From Candidatus Aerophobota bacterium (GTDB taxonomy: Bacteria > Aerophobota > Aerophobia > Aerophobales > B3-G15), in the NCBI GenBank assembly GCA_014859225.1, contig JACUUP010000002.1, forward strand, positions 1 through 36,324: a DNA stretch of 36,324 nucleotides, in the 5' to 3' direction. The position numbers were made by a program, and so were the translations under genes. Each line of letters begins with the position of its first letter. Within the stretch, counting starts at the first letter, position 1. Positions 25,785 to 34,324 of this stretch are shown piece after piece. The notes under the pieces were generated by a model. It was not told the origin of the DNA and ran no database searches. It saw only the letters and a list, made by a program, of their open reading frames with translations.

Positions 25785-26748
25785 TTTTCACTTTTACCTT
25801 TCGCAGAAAATCCTCAAGAATCTTTTTTTCCGGATATCTTGACCTGCCAAATCCAGCTATACTTATACCGGCAGCATATGTTCCCAATCTTCCACATTCA
25901 GGATAAGGCAGGTTATTTAGGCATCCGGCGAGAAAGCCAGCTGCGTATACATCGCCTGCCCCTGTTGTATCAACACTTTTTACTTTCTGTGCAGGAATAA
26001 GTATCTCTTCTTCCCTGGAAATTACCCAGGACCCTTCACTGCCTAATTTACAGACAACTACTCTCGTATCTTCTCTTGAAATCCTAAAAGAGCCTTCTTT
26101 TGCGCTTTGCCCGGTAAGAAGTTCAATCTCCCTGCCCGTGGAAAACAAAATCCAGGTTTTCTTCAAAATGGGTAAAAGCTCATCCCATCCTCTGCTTGCA
26201 TGTGGCTCTCCCGGGTCAAAGCTTACCGGAACTTTTACATCTAAGATAATTTTTTTTTGAGCCTGGAAGGAGACATCTCCTATAAAAGAGGCGGTGTGAA
26301 GAATCTTTGCTTTGTTAATGTAATTTATGTCCACATCCTGGCTGAGGAGTTTATCATTTGTCCCGGGAAGGACAAAGACACTCCTTTCTCCTTCCCCATC
26401 AACAAGAATAAAACAGATGCCAGTTTTTCCCTCTCTTGCGATTTTAGTCGTATCAACCCCCTCTTTTCCCAAATCCTGCAGGAGAAAATCGCCCTCCTCA
26501 TCCTCTCCTACTCTGCCGGTAAATCCGCAGGAAAAACCCATTTTTGAGAGTGCATAAATAGTATTAGCAGCCGAGCCTCCCCCACTTTTTATTATAAACT
26601 CTGCCTTTTCTTTTAGAAGTTTACTTATAAAGGGAACTTCCTCAAGCTCTATTTTTCGCTCTGTTCCTTTTTTTATTTGTGGTAGCTCGTCAAATCTAAC
26701 TTTGTATAAAATATCAAGATTTAAAGCACCAAGTCCCACAACATCCAC
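25774..26748 (-). CDS. PfkB-family carbohydrate/nucleoside kinase
   Basis: VVGLGALNLD, GGGSAANT, DTTGAGDVYAAGFLAG anion-hole motif. AAGGAGGG RBS in the 18-nt gap upstream. Confidence 0.85.
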   Translation of the reverse strand: MDVVGLGALNLDILYKVRFDELPQIKKGTERKIELEEVPFISKLLKEKAEFIIKSGGGSAANTIYALSKMGFSCGFTGRVGEDEEGDFLLQDLGKEGVDTTKIAREGKTGICFILVDGEGERSVFVLPGTNDKLLSQDVDINYINKAKILHTASFIGDVSFQAQKKIILDVKVPVSFDPGEPHASRGWDELLPILKKTWILFSTGREIELLTGQSAKEGSFRISREDTRVVVCKLGSEGSWVISREEEILIPAQKVKSVDTTGAGDVYAAGFLAGCLNNLPYPECGRLGTYAAGISIAGFGRSRYPEKKILEDFLRKVKVKNDL

Positions 26749-26766
26749 ATAACCCTCCTTTTTATT

Positions 26767-28767
26767 TCAGAAAGAGCTTTTCTGAAACACACGCCGCACG
26801 GACAGTGAATTTTGAAGGTTTTTTTCGGAAAACTGGAAAATCTGGATTCCATTTCTCTGTTCCGCTGCCTGCAGGATAGCCTCCAGCATTTCTGGATAAG
26901 ATATCCCGGCAATTTTTGCCATCTTGGCAAGATGACCATCCCAGCACCATCCCGGATTGGGATTGACCTCCAGGAGCTTTGGGTTGCCCTGGGCATTAAG
27001 CCTCCAGTCAAAACGGGCATAATCCCTGCACTCAAGTCTTTCAAATAGTTTTAAACACCACTCAACAATAGATTTTTCTATCTCTTCCGGGAGATTAGCC
27101 GGGATTGATTTAATATTCCAGTAGGGAGAATCCGGCAGCCATTTAGCCTCATAGCCACAGATTTTGGGAAGTCCATCTGGAATCTCTGAGTAATCCTCCT
27201 CTATAATAGGTAGCACAGTATAGGATTCGGGAGGATTTCCTATTATTCCTACACTGAGGTCTTTACCTGCGAGAAACTCCTCCACAAGTATGGGTTTGTC
27301 GTAGCCAAATTTTTCTCTTATTTCCGAAATAGCGTTTAGAAGCTCCTCAAGATTATTTGCTACACTCCTCTGAGTTATCCCAAAACTGGAATCGCCAAAG
27401 TTTGGTTTTACAATTACAGGAAAACCAAAGGGTAGCTCAAAGGTCGTATCTTCAGGTTTAATGAAAAAAGCTTCTGGCACAGGAATTTGCATCTCTTTTG
27501 CAATACCACGAACAAGTGATTTGTCATAACAATTGGCAAGACACTGAGGTCTTGCACCGGTATAGGGAATATCCAGTACTTCCAGTAAGGCAGGCACATG
27601 GAGTTCTTTCTGGGGGTCATTCCTGTAGCCTTCATCGCACAGATTAAAAACTAAATCCATTTTTCCTGTAAATTTTCTCAAATCCTGAATAAGGGTATCG
27701 TGATTGTTAAAATAGCTAAACTGGTAATCTCTCAGTCCTCTTAAAGCTGCTTTTAGCTTATCAATCGTGTAAAAATCATCATCGTCGAAGATAGATAATG
27801 GTTTTAAGGGGTCGGTTTTATTTGGGTCACCCAGGATTACCACCACATTTTTTACTGCCTCTTTTATTTTTCTTTTAATAGGACTCCATTCCTTCCTTAT
27901 AAGAGCTGTTGCAATGATGCGTTGTTTCATCATACCGAGGTCTTGATTTCGCCTAGAATCCGTAGAAAATCTGCCATGAAAGGTGATATCACTGAAACCG
28001 GCTGTTTTCAAAAGTTTGGTTAAACATTCCGTGGTATAAAGTCTTTCCCCATAAAACTGGTCAGCGATTGCACCTTTTTCCACATGATTTATAATCTCTC
28101 GTGATATGAGGCGTTGTCCATCAAGGGAAAGGGAGCGTTCCCTGCAAGCAAAATGTTTTTTATCTATCCACTCCCATGAGCGAGGTTGAAAATTTTCTCT
28201 TAAGTATTCGCCATCTGCAACATCTATAATGATTCTACCCCATGGCTTCAAGACTCTAAAGATTTCCTTGAGCACTCTTAAATCATCCTGGATAGTTTCA
28301 AAATATCCAAAGCTGTTTCCTAAAATCATAACTACATCAAAGGCATCAGGTGTATAAGGGAGTTTTCTGGCATCTCCCTCTCTAAATTTAACATTTAGAC
28401 CCTCCTTTTTTGCGTATCCTTTAGCTTTATAGATTAAGTAATGGGAACGGTCCAGGCCTTCAATGTATCTAAATCCTCTCCTTGCAAGTTCAAGAGAGTG
28501 TCTCCCCTGACCGCAGGCAAGATCCAGAATCTTCTCTTCAGGTGACAATTTTAAAATTTCTGAGAATAAATCAACCTCTCTGCAGGTTATATCCTCATCA
28601 GCTACCACATCTGCATCAGTTTTTAGATAGAGGGAGTTGAAAATTCCTCGCCACCAATCCGGGCTTACATACTCTTCCAGGTCTAAAACAGGTCCCAATA
28701 TTTTCTTCTGGTATTTACCCGTTTTCCCATGTTCTGGAGGTTTGTCCGCAGATTCCTTTTCCTTCAT
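26767..28767 (-). CDS. fusion protein: class I SAM-dependent methyltransferase (N-terminal) and D-Ala-D-Ala-ligase-like ATP-grasp ligase (C-terminal)
   Basis: MTase motif I ILDLACGQGRHSLELA, then DVVMILGNSFGY. ATP-grasp half: DLVFNLCDEGY..., LEVLDIPYTGA, PVIVKPNFGDSSFGI, LVEEFLAGKDLSVG, ARFDWRL...LLEVNPNPG. Start set at ATG 28767 (AAGGAG 8 nt upstream). The track start at 28842 would sit on the divergent promoter. Confidence 0.8.
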   Translation of the reverse strand: MKEKESADKPPEHGKTGKYQKKILGPVLDLEEYVSPDWWRGIFNSLYLKTDADVVADEDITCREVDLFSEILKLSPEEKILDLACGQGRHSLELARRGFRYIEGLDRSHYLIYKAKGYAKKEGLNVKFREGDARKLPYTPDAFDVVMILGNSFGYFETIQDDLRVLKEIFRVLKPWGRIIIDVADGEYLRENFQPRSWEWIDKKHFACRERSLSLDGQRLISREIINHVEKGAIADQFYGERLYTTECLTKLLKTAGFSDITFHGRFSTDSRRNQDLGMMKQRIIATALIRKEWSPIKRKIKEAVKNVVVILGDPNKTDPLKPLSIFDDDDFYTIDKLKAALRGLRDYQFSYFNNHDTLIQDLRKFTGKMDLVFNLCDEGYRNDPQKELHVPALLEVLDIPYTGARPQCLANCYDKSLVRGIAKEMQIPVPEAFFIKPEDTTFELPFGFPVIVKPNFGDSSFGITQRSVANNLEELLNAISEIREKFGYDKPILVEEFLAGKDLSVGIIGNPPESYTVLPIIEEDYSEIPDGLPKICGYEAKWLPDSPYWNIKSIPANLPEEIEKSIVEWCLKLFERLECRDYARFDWRLNAQGNPKLLEVNPNPGWCWDGHLAKMAKIAGISYPEMLEAILQAAEQRNGIQIFQFSEKNLQNSLSVRRVFQKSSF

Positions 28768-28798
28768 TTTTCTTGCTCCTTTATAAATTTTTGCGCAT

Positions 28799-28826
28799 AC
28801 TGTAGCATAATAAGGAGTGTCGTCAA
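28799..28826 (-). promoter_or_regulatory. candidate promoter for the MTase/ATP-grasp operon
   Basis: On the minus strand: TTGACG (28821-28826), 16-nt spacer, TACAGT (28799-28804). Back-to-back with the plus-strand promoter. Confidence 0.4.
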
Positions 28827-28835
28827 GCACATTTT

Positions 28836-28863
28836 TTGACATTTGCCCTTTTTTTGATAATAT
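28836..28863 (+). promoter_or_regulatory. candidate sigma70 promoter for the phosphohexomutase gene
   Basis: TTGACA (28836-28841), 16-nt spacer, TAATAT (28858-28863). GGAGGAGAGAG RBS before ATG 28902. Confidence 0.55.
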
Positions 28864-28901
28864 TTATAAGGAATTTAACCAACAAGGCGGGAGGAGAGAG
28901 C

Positions 28902-30341
28902 ATGAGAGATATAAAGTTTGGTACCGATGGATGGAGAGGAGTCATAGCTGATGATTTTACATTTGAAAATTTGGCAAAAGCTGCCCAGGCAATTGCAGAT
29001 TATTATAAAACTGAAGCCAAAAAAGGAAAAGGTATTGTTATAGGTTATGACACCCGTTTTCTTTCCCCAGAGTTTGCTCTAAGGGTTGCCGAGGTTCTTT
29101 TAGGAAATGAGATTCCCGTTCTTCTCTCGCAAACAGATGTCCCCACGCAAGCTATATCATTTACAGTTATTGATAAAGCTCTGGCTGGAGGGATAATGAT
29201 TACTGCCTCTCATAATCCCTATCGTTTCAATGGAGTAAAAGTAAAGAGTTCTTCTGGTGCCTCTGTTGCTCCTGAGGTTACAGGAAAAATTGAGTCTTTC
29301 GTGGGAAAAAATGAGGTAAAAGCCCTGCCCTGGGAAGAAGGTGAGAAGAGGGGTTTAGCTGCAAAGATGGACCTTCTACCTGCCTATCTGAACAAAGTTT
29401 CTTCCTTTCTGGATATGGAGCTGATGAAAAAAGCGCATCTTAAAATAGTTTATGATTCCATGTATGGAGTGGGATATGGGCTTCTGGAAAAGCTCCTGGA
29501 AAAGTCCAACTGTCAGCTTATCAACATTCATCCCGGGCCTAACCCTGGTTTTGGTGGTATAAACCCTGAACCTATTGAAGAAAACTTAGAAGAGTTAGCG
29601 CACCAGGTAAAAGCTAAAGAGGCGCATCTTGGTCTTGCTACAGATGGAGATGCTGATAGAATGGGGCTAATAGATGATAAAGGCAGATATCTTTCCCCTC
29701 TTCAGATTTTCTCCCTTTTACTCCTTTATCTGGTGGAGGAAAGGAATATGAGAGGCAAGGTGGTAAAAACAGTTTCTCTTGGTTATCAACCAGAGAGGAT
29801 ATGCCGTAAATTTGGTCTTGAATGGGAGCAAACGCTGGTGGGATTTAAATATATTGCGGATAAAATGCTTAAAGAAGAGGTGTTTTTTGGTGGAGAGGAA
29901 AGTGGGGGTTATGGCTACTATGGGCACCTGCCGGAAAGAGATGGTGTTCTTTCCTGCCTTCTTTTTGTGGAGATGCTGACAAAAAAGGGAAAACCTTTAT
30001 CCAGCATTTTAGATGATATGGAGAAAAAATTTGGCAAATCTTTCTTTAAAAGGGTGGACTTTGAGCAAGAAGGTGTAGATAAAGAAAGGATAGTAAAGGA
30101 GCTTACCTTAAATCCTCCCTCCGCTCTTGGGAGTGTTCCCTTAAAAGAGATTTTAACCATTGATGGGGTCAAATTTATAATGGAAGATGAAAGCTGGCTT
30201 TTAATAAGACCCTCAGGAACCGAGCCCAAAGTAAGAGTTTATGCGGAAGCCCCTAAAGTTTCTCAGCTACAAAGAATCATCCAGGAAGGGGAAAATTTGA
30301 CCAGGGCAGTTATTGATGGTATCAATTCGCCAGGAGGATAA
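28902..30341 (+). CDS. alpha-D-phosphohexomutase (phosphoglucomutase/phosphomannomutase family)
   Basis: GTDGWRG, active-site TASHNPYRFNG, Mg loop ATDGDADR, sugar loop GGEESGG, RPSGTEPK. Start at ATG 28902 rather than the track start at 28836. Confidence 0.9.
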   Translation: MRDIKFGTDGWRGVIADDFTFENLAKAAQAIADYYKTEAKKGKGIVIGYDTRFLSPEFALRVAEVLLGNEIPVLLSQTDVPTQAISFTVIDKALAGGIMITASHNPYRFNGVKVKSSSGASVAPEVTGKIESFVGKNEVKALPWEEGEKRGLAAKMDLLPAYLNKVSSFLDMELMKKAHLKIVYDSMYGVGYGLLEKLLEKSNCQLINIHPGPNPGFGGINPEPIEENLEELAHQVKAKEAHLGLATDGDADRMGLIDDKGRYLSPLQIFSLLLLYLVEERNMRGKVVKTVSLGYQPERICRKFGLEWEQTLVGFKYIADKMLKEEVFFGGEESGGYGYYGHLPERDGVLSCLLFVEMLTKKGKPLSSILDDMEKKFGKSFFKRVDFEQEGVDKERIVKELTLNPPSALGSVPLKEILTIDGVKFIMEDESWLLIRPSGTEPKVRVYAEAPKVSQLQRIIQEGENLTRAVIDGINSPGG

Positions 30342-30342
30342 T

Positions 30343-30888
30343 GTGTACTCCGATGTGCTCATAGCTGGATTTGGTGGTCAGGGAATAGTATTTACCGGTA
30401 AACTTTTAGCCTATGCTGGCTTAAGAGAGGGGAAGCAGGTTGTTTTTTATCCTTCCTATGGGGCTGAAATGCGAGGAGGAGCTGCCAGTTGCACGGTTAT
30501 AGTTTCAGATTCAATAATTCCTTCACCCATTATTTCTTCTCCTCAAAGTGAGATACTCATGAGTTATCCTGCTGTGGAAAAATTTTTATCTTGTGTAAAA
30601 AAGGAAGGTTATGTAGTGGTTAACAGTTCTCTTGTGAAAAAAAATTTTAGAGGAAAAAAAGTCCGTATATTAGAAGTTCCTGCCAATCGTATTGCAGAAG
30701 AGCTGGGAACTGTAAGGGCAGCAAATATGATAACTCTTGGAGTTTGGGCCTGCATCTCCCAGGTTGTCTCTCTTGAAAGTCTTATCCTATCTTTAAAGCA
30801 AGTTCTATCCCCCGACAGGCTTGCTCTTTTAAAAGTTAATGAGAATTCATTAAGGGAGGGATGGAGATTTGCCTCAAATCCCAATTGA
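30343..30888 (+). CDS. 2-oxoacid:ferredoxin oxidoreductase gamma-subunit-family protein (no alpha or beta subunit nearby)
   Basis: VLIAGFGGQGIVFTGKLLA...YPSYGAEMRGG. GTG 30343 lies 5 nt after AGGAGG (30332-30337) and 1 nt after the upstream stop. The TTG 30313 and ATG 30316 starts are alternatives. Confidence 0.8.
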   Translation: MYSDVLIAGFGGQGIVFTGKLLAYAGLREGKQVVFYPSYGAEMRGGAASCTVIVSDSIIPSPIISSPQSEILMSYPAVEKFLSCVKKEGYVVVNSSLVKKNFRGKKVRILEVPANRIAEELGTVRAANMITLGVWACISQVVSLESLILSLKQVLSPDRLALLKVNENSLREGWRFASNPN

Positions 30889-31735
30889 TTGTTTTCTTGA
30901 CTATCTCAGCGTGGAAAGAGGTCTTTCTCCCAATACCCTCATCTCTTACAGGATGGACCTCAAGCAGTTTGAAAAGTGGCTGCCCTGTGATATATCTGAG
31001 GTTTCTACCTCACTAATTGGGGAATATGCCTCTTTTTTAAAAAGCAAAGGGCTGTCAATATCCTCCATTTCAAGGAAATTATCAGCTACGAGAATGTTTT
31101 ATCGTTTCCTCTTAGCCGAAGGGGTTGTTTTAGAGAATCCTGCTCAGGATGTGTTTTCTCCTCGACGAGGAAGGAAAATTCCAGCTTATCTTTCTTTAAA
31201 AGAGGTGGGAAATCTACTGAATGCTCCACCCATTAATTCAAAACTTGGCTTAAGAGATAAAGCTTTTTTAGAGTGTCTTTATGCTACAGGTATTCGCATA
31301 TCTGAGCTTGTGGGTTTAAAACGCAGGGACCTAAATTTTACCTCGGGTTGGCTAAAGGTTAAAGGCAAAGGTTCCAGGGAAAGGATGGTTCCTCTGGGCA
31401 GGGAGGCTATAAAATGGATGAGTAGATACTTGAGGGAAAAGGGTGAAGAAAGTAGGGATTCCCCCTTTTTTTGTAACCGTTATGGGGAAATAATCTCCCG
31501 CCAGGCCTGCTGGAAGATAGTAAAAAAGTATGCCCGCAAAGCCGGTATAAATAAAGTTATTTCACCCCACACCCTAAGACACTCCTTTGCCACCCATCTT
31601 ATATCCAGGGATGCTGATTTAAGGTCAGTTCAGGAGCTTTTAGGCCATGTAAATATCTCTACTACTCAAATTTATACCCATATCACCCAGGAAAGATTAA
31701 GAAAAGTATATAAAAAATTTCATCCAAGAGCTTAG
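30869..31735 (+). CDS. xerD: tyrosine site-specific recombinase XerD/XerC
   Basis: FLDYLSVERGLSPNTLISYRMDL, ATGIRISEL, HTLRHSFATHL, LGHVNISTTQIYTH (catalytic Tyr). TTG start with AGGGAGGG RBS. The XerD versus XerC assignment is tentative. Confidence 0.88.
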   Translation: MPQIPIDCFLDYLSVERGLSPNTLISYRMDLKQFEKWLPCDISEVSTSLIGEYASFLKSKGLSISSISRKLSATRMFYRFLLAEGVVLENPAQDVFSPRRGRKIPAYLSLKEVGNLLNAPPINSKLGLRDKAFLECLYATGIRISELVGLKRRDLNFTSGWLKVKGKGSRERMVPLGREAIKWMSRYLREKGEESRDSPFFCNRYGEIISRQACWKIVKKYARKAGINKVISPHTLRHSFATHLISRDADLRSVQELLGHVNISTTQIYTHITQERLRKVYKKFHPRA

Positions 31736-31746
31736 ATTAAGGGAAG

Positions 31747-34320
31747 ATGCAACTAATAACTACACATACAGGCTGTGATTTTGATGCTCTTGCCTCAATG
31801 GTGGCGGTAAAGAAGCTTTATCCTGAAGCCAAGCTTTGCTTTTCCGGTTCTCCCTCCCGCGAGGTCAGGGATTTTATGCATGTTTATGGATGGTTAATTC
31901 CCATTGAAAAGATAAGTGAGAAAGACCTTAAAAAGGTAAAAAAACTTATACTGGTAGATACAAGGTGGAAGGATAGAATTGGGATGTTTGGCAGGTTGGT
32001 GGGTAAAAAGCAGGTAAAAATTCATATTTATGACCACCACCCCTCTCATCCTGAAGATATTAAGGCAGATAGAGGGGTATGTAAGGATGTAGGAGCAACC
32101 GTTAGCATACTAATAGATTTGATTAAGAAAAGAAAAATCCCGATTAGCTCTTTTGAAGCTACTCTTTTTGGTCTTGGAATATATGAGGATACCGGCTCTT
32201 TGAGTTTTTTTTCCACCACTTCTTTTGACTTAAGAGCGGTAGCCTATCTTCTGGACAAGGGGGCAAAGCTTGAGTTTATTTCCAATTTTCTAAACTCTGG
32301 CTTAACTGAAAAACAGGATGCATTGCTCAGGGATTTTCTAAACAAAGCAAGAGTTTTATCTATTAATGGGGTGGAGGTGGTAGTGATAACAACACAAATA
32401 GAAGAGTTTGTGGGAGGATTATCACTCCCTCTGCATAAATTTATTGATTTTAAAAATCCAGATGTAGTTTTTGCCATTGTCTGCTCAGGTGATAAAATAT
32501 TTATCCTGGCTCGTTCACGTCTTCCCTTTGTTAATGTTGATGATATTCTTTCCGAATTTGGCGGAGGAGGTCACAACCTGGCTGCGTCAGTTAGGTTAAA
32601 AGATACTCAAATAAAAAAAGTGGAGGAAAAACTTGTGCACATCTTGCAGGAAAATATCCACTCACCTCTTACAATAGAAAATATAATGCATTTACCTGCA
32701 AGGTTCGTTTTTCCTGAAATGCAGGCAGGAGAAGTTAAAGAGATTTTAGATAAGGAGGGTCTTGAGGTTATTCCGGTTCAGGAGCAAGGTAAGATAACAG
32801 GAATTATCTCCAGGCAAAAAGTTGAGCACATAGTTAGCTATAACTCGGCCAGCTCCCCCATAAAAAGCTACTACTCCAGAAAGTTTGTGGCGGTCCATCC
32901 CTCTTTATCTTTAAAGAAGGCACAAAGGATAATAATTGAAGAGGAGGTGCCCTGGCTTTTGGTTTTTCAAGGGGAAAGCTTCCTGGGCGTAGTTACCAGC
33001 TTTGATATCTTCAAGGCATTTGATGGAAACTTTTCTCAAGATAGTTTAAAGTCCCTGCTGGAGAAAAAGGTTCCCCCTTATATTATGAGAACCCTGATAG
33101 AGGCAGGCAAGCTGGCAAACAGGATGGGTTTTTCAGTATTTATAGTGGGAGGTTTTGTAAGGGACCTACTTTTGGGAAATGAGAATCTGGATATAGACCT
33201 TGTGGTTGAGGGAGAGGGGATTGTTTTTGCTCGGGAACTTGCAAGAAATTTAAGAGCTGAGCTGACAGTCCATCCCAAGTTTGGCACAGCTACCATTAAT
33301 GTGAGTGAGGATTTTAAACTGGATGTGGTTACTTCACGCCATGAATTTTACTCTCACCCGGGAGCTTTGCCTGTCGTGGAGAAGGCAGCGTTAAAGGAGG
33401 ACCTTTTTAGAAGGGATTTTACTGTTAACGCCATGGCTATTAGTATTAATCCGTCTGATTTTGGCAAATTACTGGATTTTTTTGGGGGGAAAAAAGACCT
33501 GGAAAATAAAAGGGTTAGAGTTTTGCATCCTAAAAGTTTCATAGATGACCCTACGCGGATATTTCGTGCAATTAGATTTGAGCAAAGGTACCGATTTTCT
33601 ATTGATAACAAGACAGAGAGGTTAATTAAAGAAGCTCTGCAAGAACATGTTTTTCGCCAGGTAAGTGGTAAGAGGATAAAAGAGGAGATTCTTCAAATTC
33701 TTGAAGAGGACCGGCCGGGGAATATGATACGTAGAATGAAAGCCCTTGGAGTTCTTGAGTTTATCCACCCCGGGATTCGTTTAACAGCATCAAAAGATAA
33801 AATTATGGACGAGCTGGTGGATGCTATCGCCAGATACGAGGTTTTGAAAGGGGAAAGAAGTAGAAGGTGGCTGGTAAGGCTTGCGCTTCTTCTGGATAAG
33901 ATGGAAAAAGAAAAAGTGAAGAATTTCTGTCAAAGATACAGTTTTACCCGGGAGGAGAAAGAGGTTCTTTTTGTTAGTATCGCAGGTTCAAGGCAAATAA
34001 TAACAAAACTTAAAGCAGTCAGGATGAGGCCAAGTTCCATTTATTATCTTTTAGAATCTTATCCGCCAGAGGCGCTTATTCTAACAGTGGCGAGGACAAA
34101 AAGCAAGCTGGTTAAAAGAAGGATAATTTCATACCTTTCCTCTCTTTGCAAGGTAAAGTTGGAGATAAGCGGGGAAGATTTAAAAAAACTGAATTATAAA
34201 CCTTCACCTGAGTTTTCCCGCATCCTTGAAGAGGTAAAGAAGGCAAAGTTAAATGGAGTGGTAAAAACAAAAGAGGAAGAGATTGAATTCATTAGAAAAA
34301 AATTTTTGTCCAGGAGATAA
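31747..34320 (+). CDS. cca: DHH/DHHA1 phosphoesterase, tandem CBS and class II tRNA nucleotidyltransferase (CCA-adding / poly(A) polymerase family) fusion
   Basis: DHH motif IYDHHPSH, DHHA1 FGGGGHNLAAS, a CBS-like middle region, GGFVRDLLLG..NLDIDLVVEG, RRDFTVNAMA. 857 aa. Confidence 0.85.
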   Translation: MQLITTHTGCDFDALASMVAVKKLYPEAKLCFSGSPSREVRDFMHVYGWLIPIEKISEKDLKKVKKLILVDTRWKDRIGMFGRLVGKKQVKIHIYDHHPSHPEDIKADRGVCKDVGATVSILIDLIKKRKIPISSFEATLFGLGIYEDTGSLSFFSTTSFDLRAVAYLLDKGAKLEFISNFLNSGLTEKQDALLRDFLNKARVLSINGVEVVVITTQIEEFVGGLSLPLHKFIDFKNPDVVFAIVCSGDKIFILARSRLPFVNVDDILSEFGGGGHNLAASVRLKDTQIKKVEEKLVHILQENIHSPLTIENIMHLPARFVFPEMQAGEVKEILDKEGLEVIPVQEQGKITGIISRQKVEHIVSYNSASSPIKSYYSRKFVAVHPSLSLKKAQRIIIEEEVPWLLVFQGESFLGVVTSFDIFKAFDGNFSQDSLKSLLEKKVPPYIMRTLIEAGKLANRMGFSVFIVGGFVRDLLLGNENLDIDLVVEGEGIVFARELARNLRAELTVHPKFGTATINVSEDFKLDVVTSRHEFYSHPGALPVVEKAALKEDLFRRDFTVNAMAISINPSDFGKLLDFFGGKKDLENKRVRVLHPKSFIDDPTRIFRAIRFEQRYRFSIDNKTERLIKEALQEHVFRQVSGKRIKEEILQILEEDRPGNMIRRMKALGVLEFIHPGIRLTASKDKIMDELVDAIARYEVLKGERSRRWLVRLALLLDKMEKEKVKNFCQRYSFTREEKEVLFVSIAGSRQIITKLKAVRMRPSSIYYLLESYPPEALILTVARTKSKLVKRRIISYLSSLCKVKLEISGEDLKKLNYKPSPEFSRILEEVKKAKLNGVVKTKEEEIEFIRKKFLSRR

Positions 34321-34324
34321 ATAA

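Noticed and set aside
30869-31735. Tyrosine recombinase as a marker of an integrated mobile element
   Set aside because: The sequence looks like housekeeping XerD/XerC (N-terminal ERGLSxNT, full R-K-H-R-H-Y set). It is embedded in an operon-like run of core genes. I noticed no flanking direct repeats, tRNA target or phage/IS genes.
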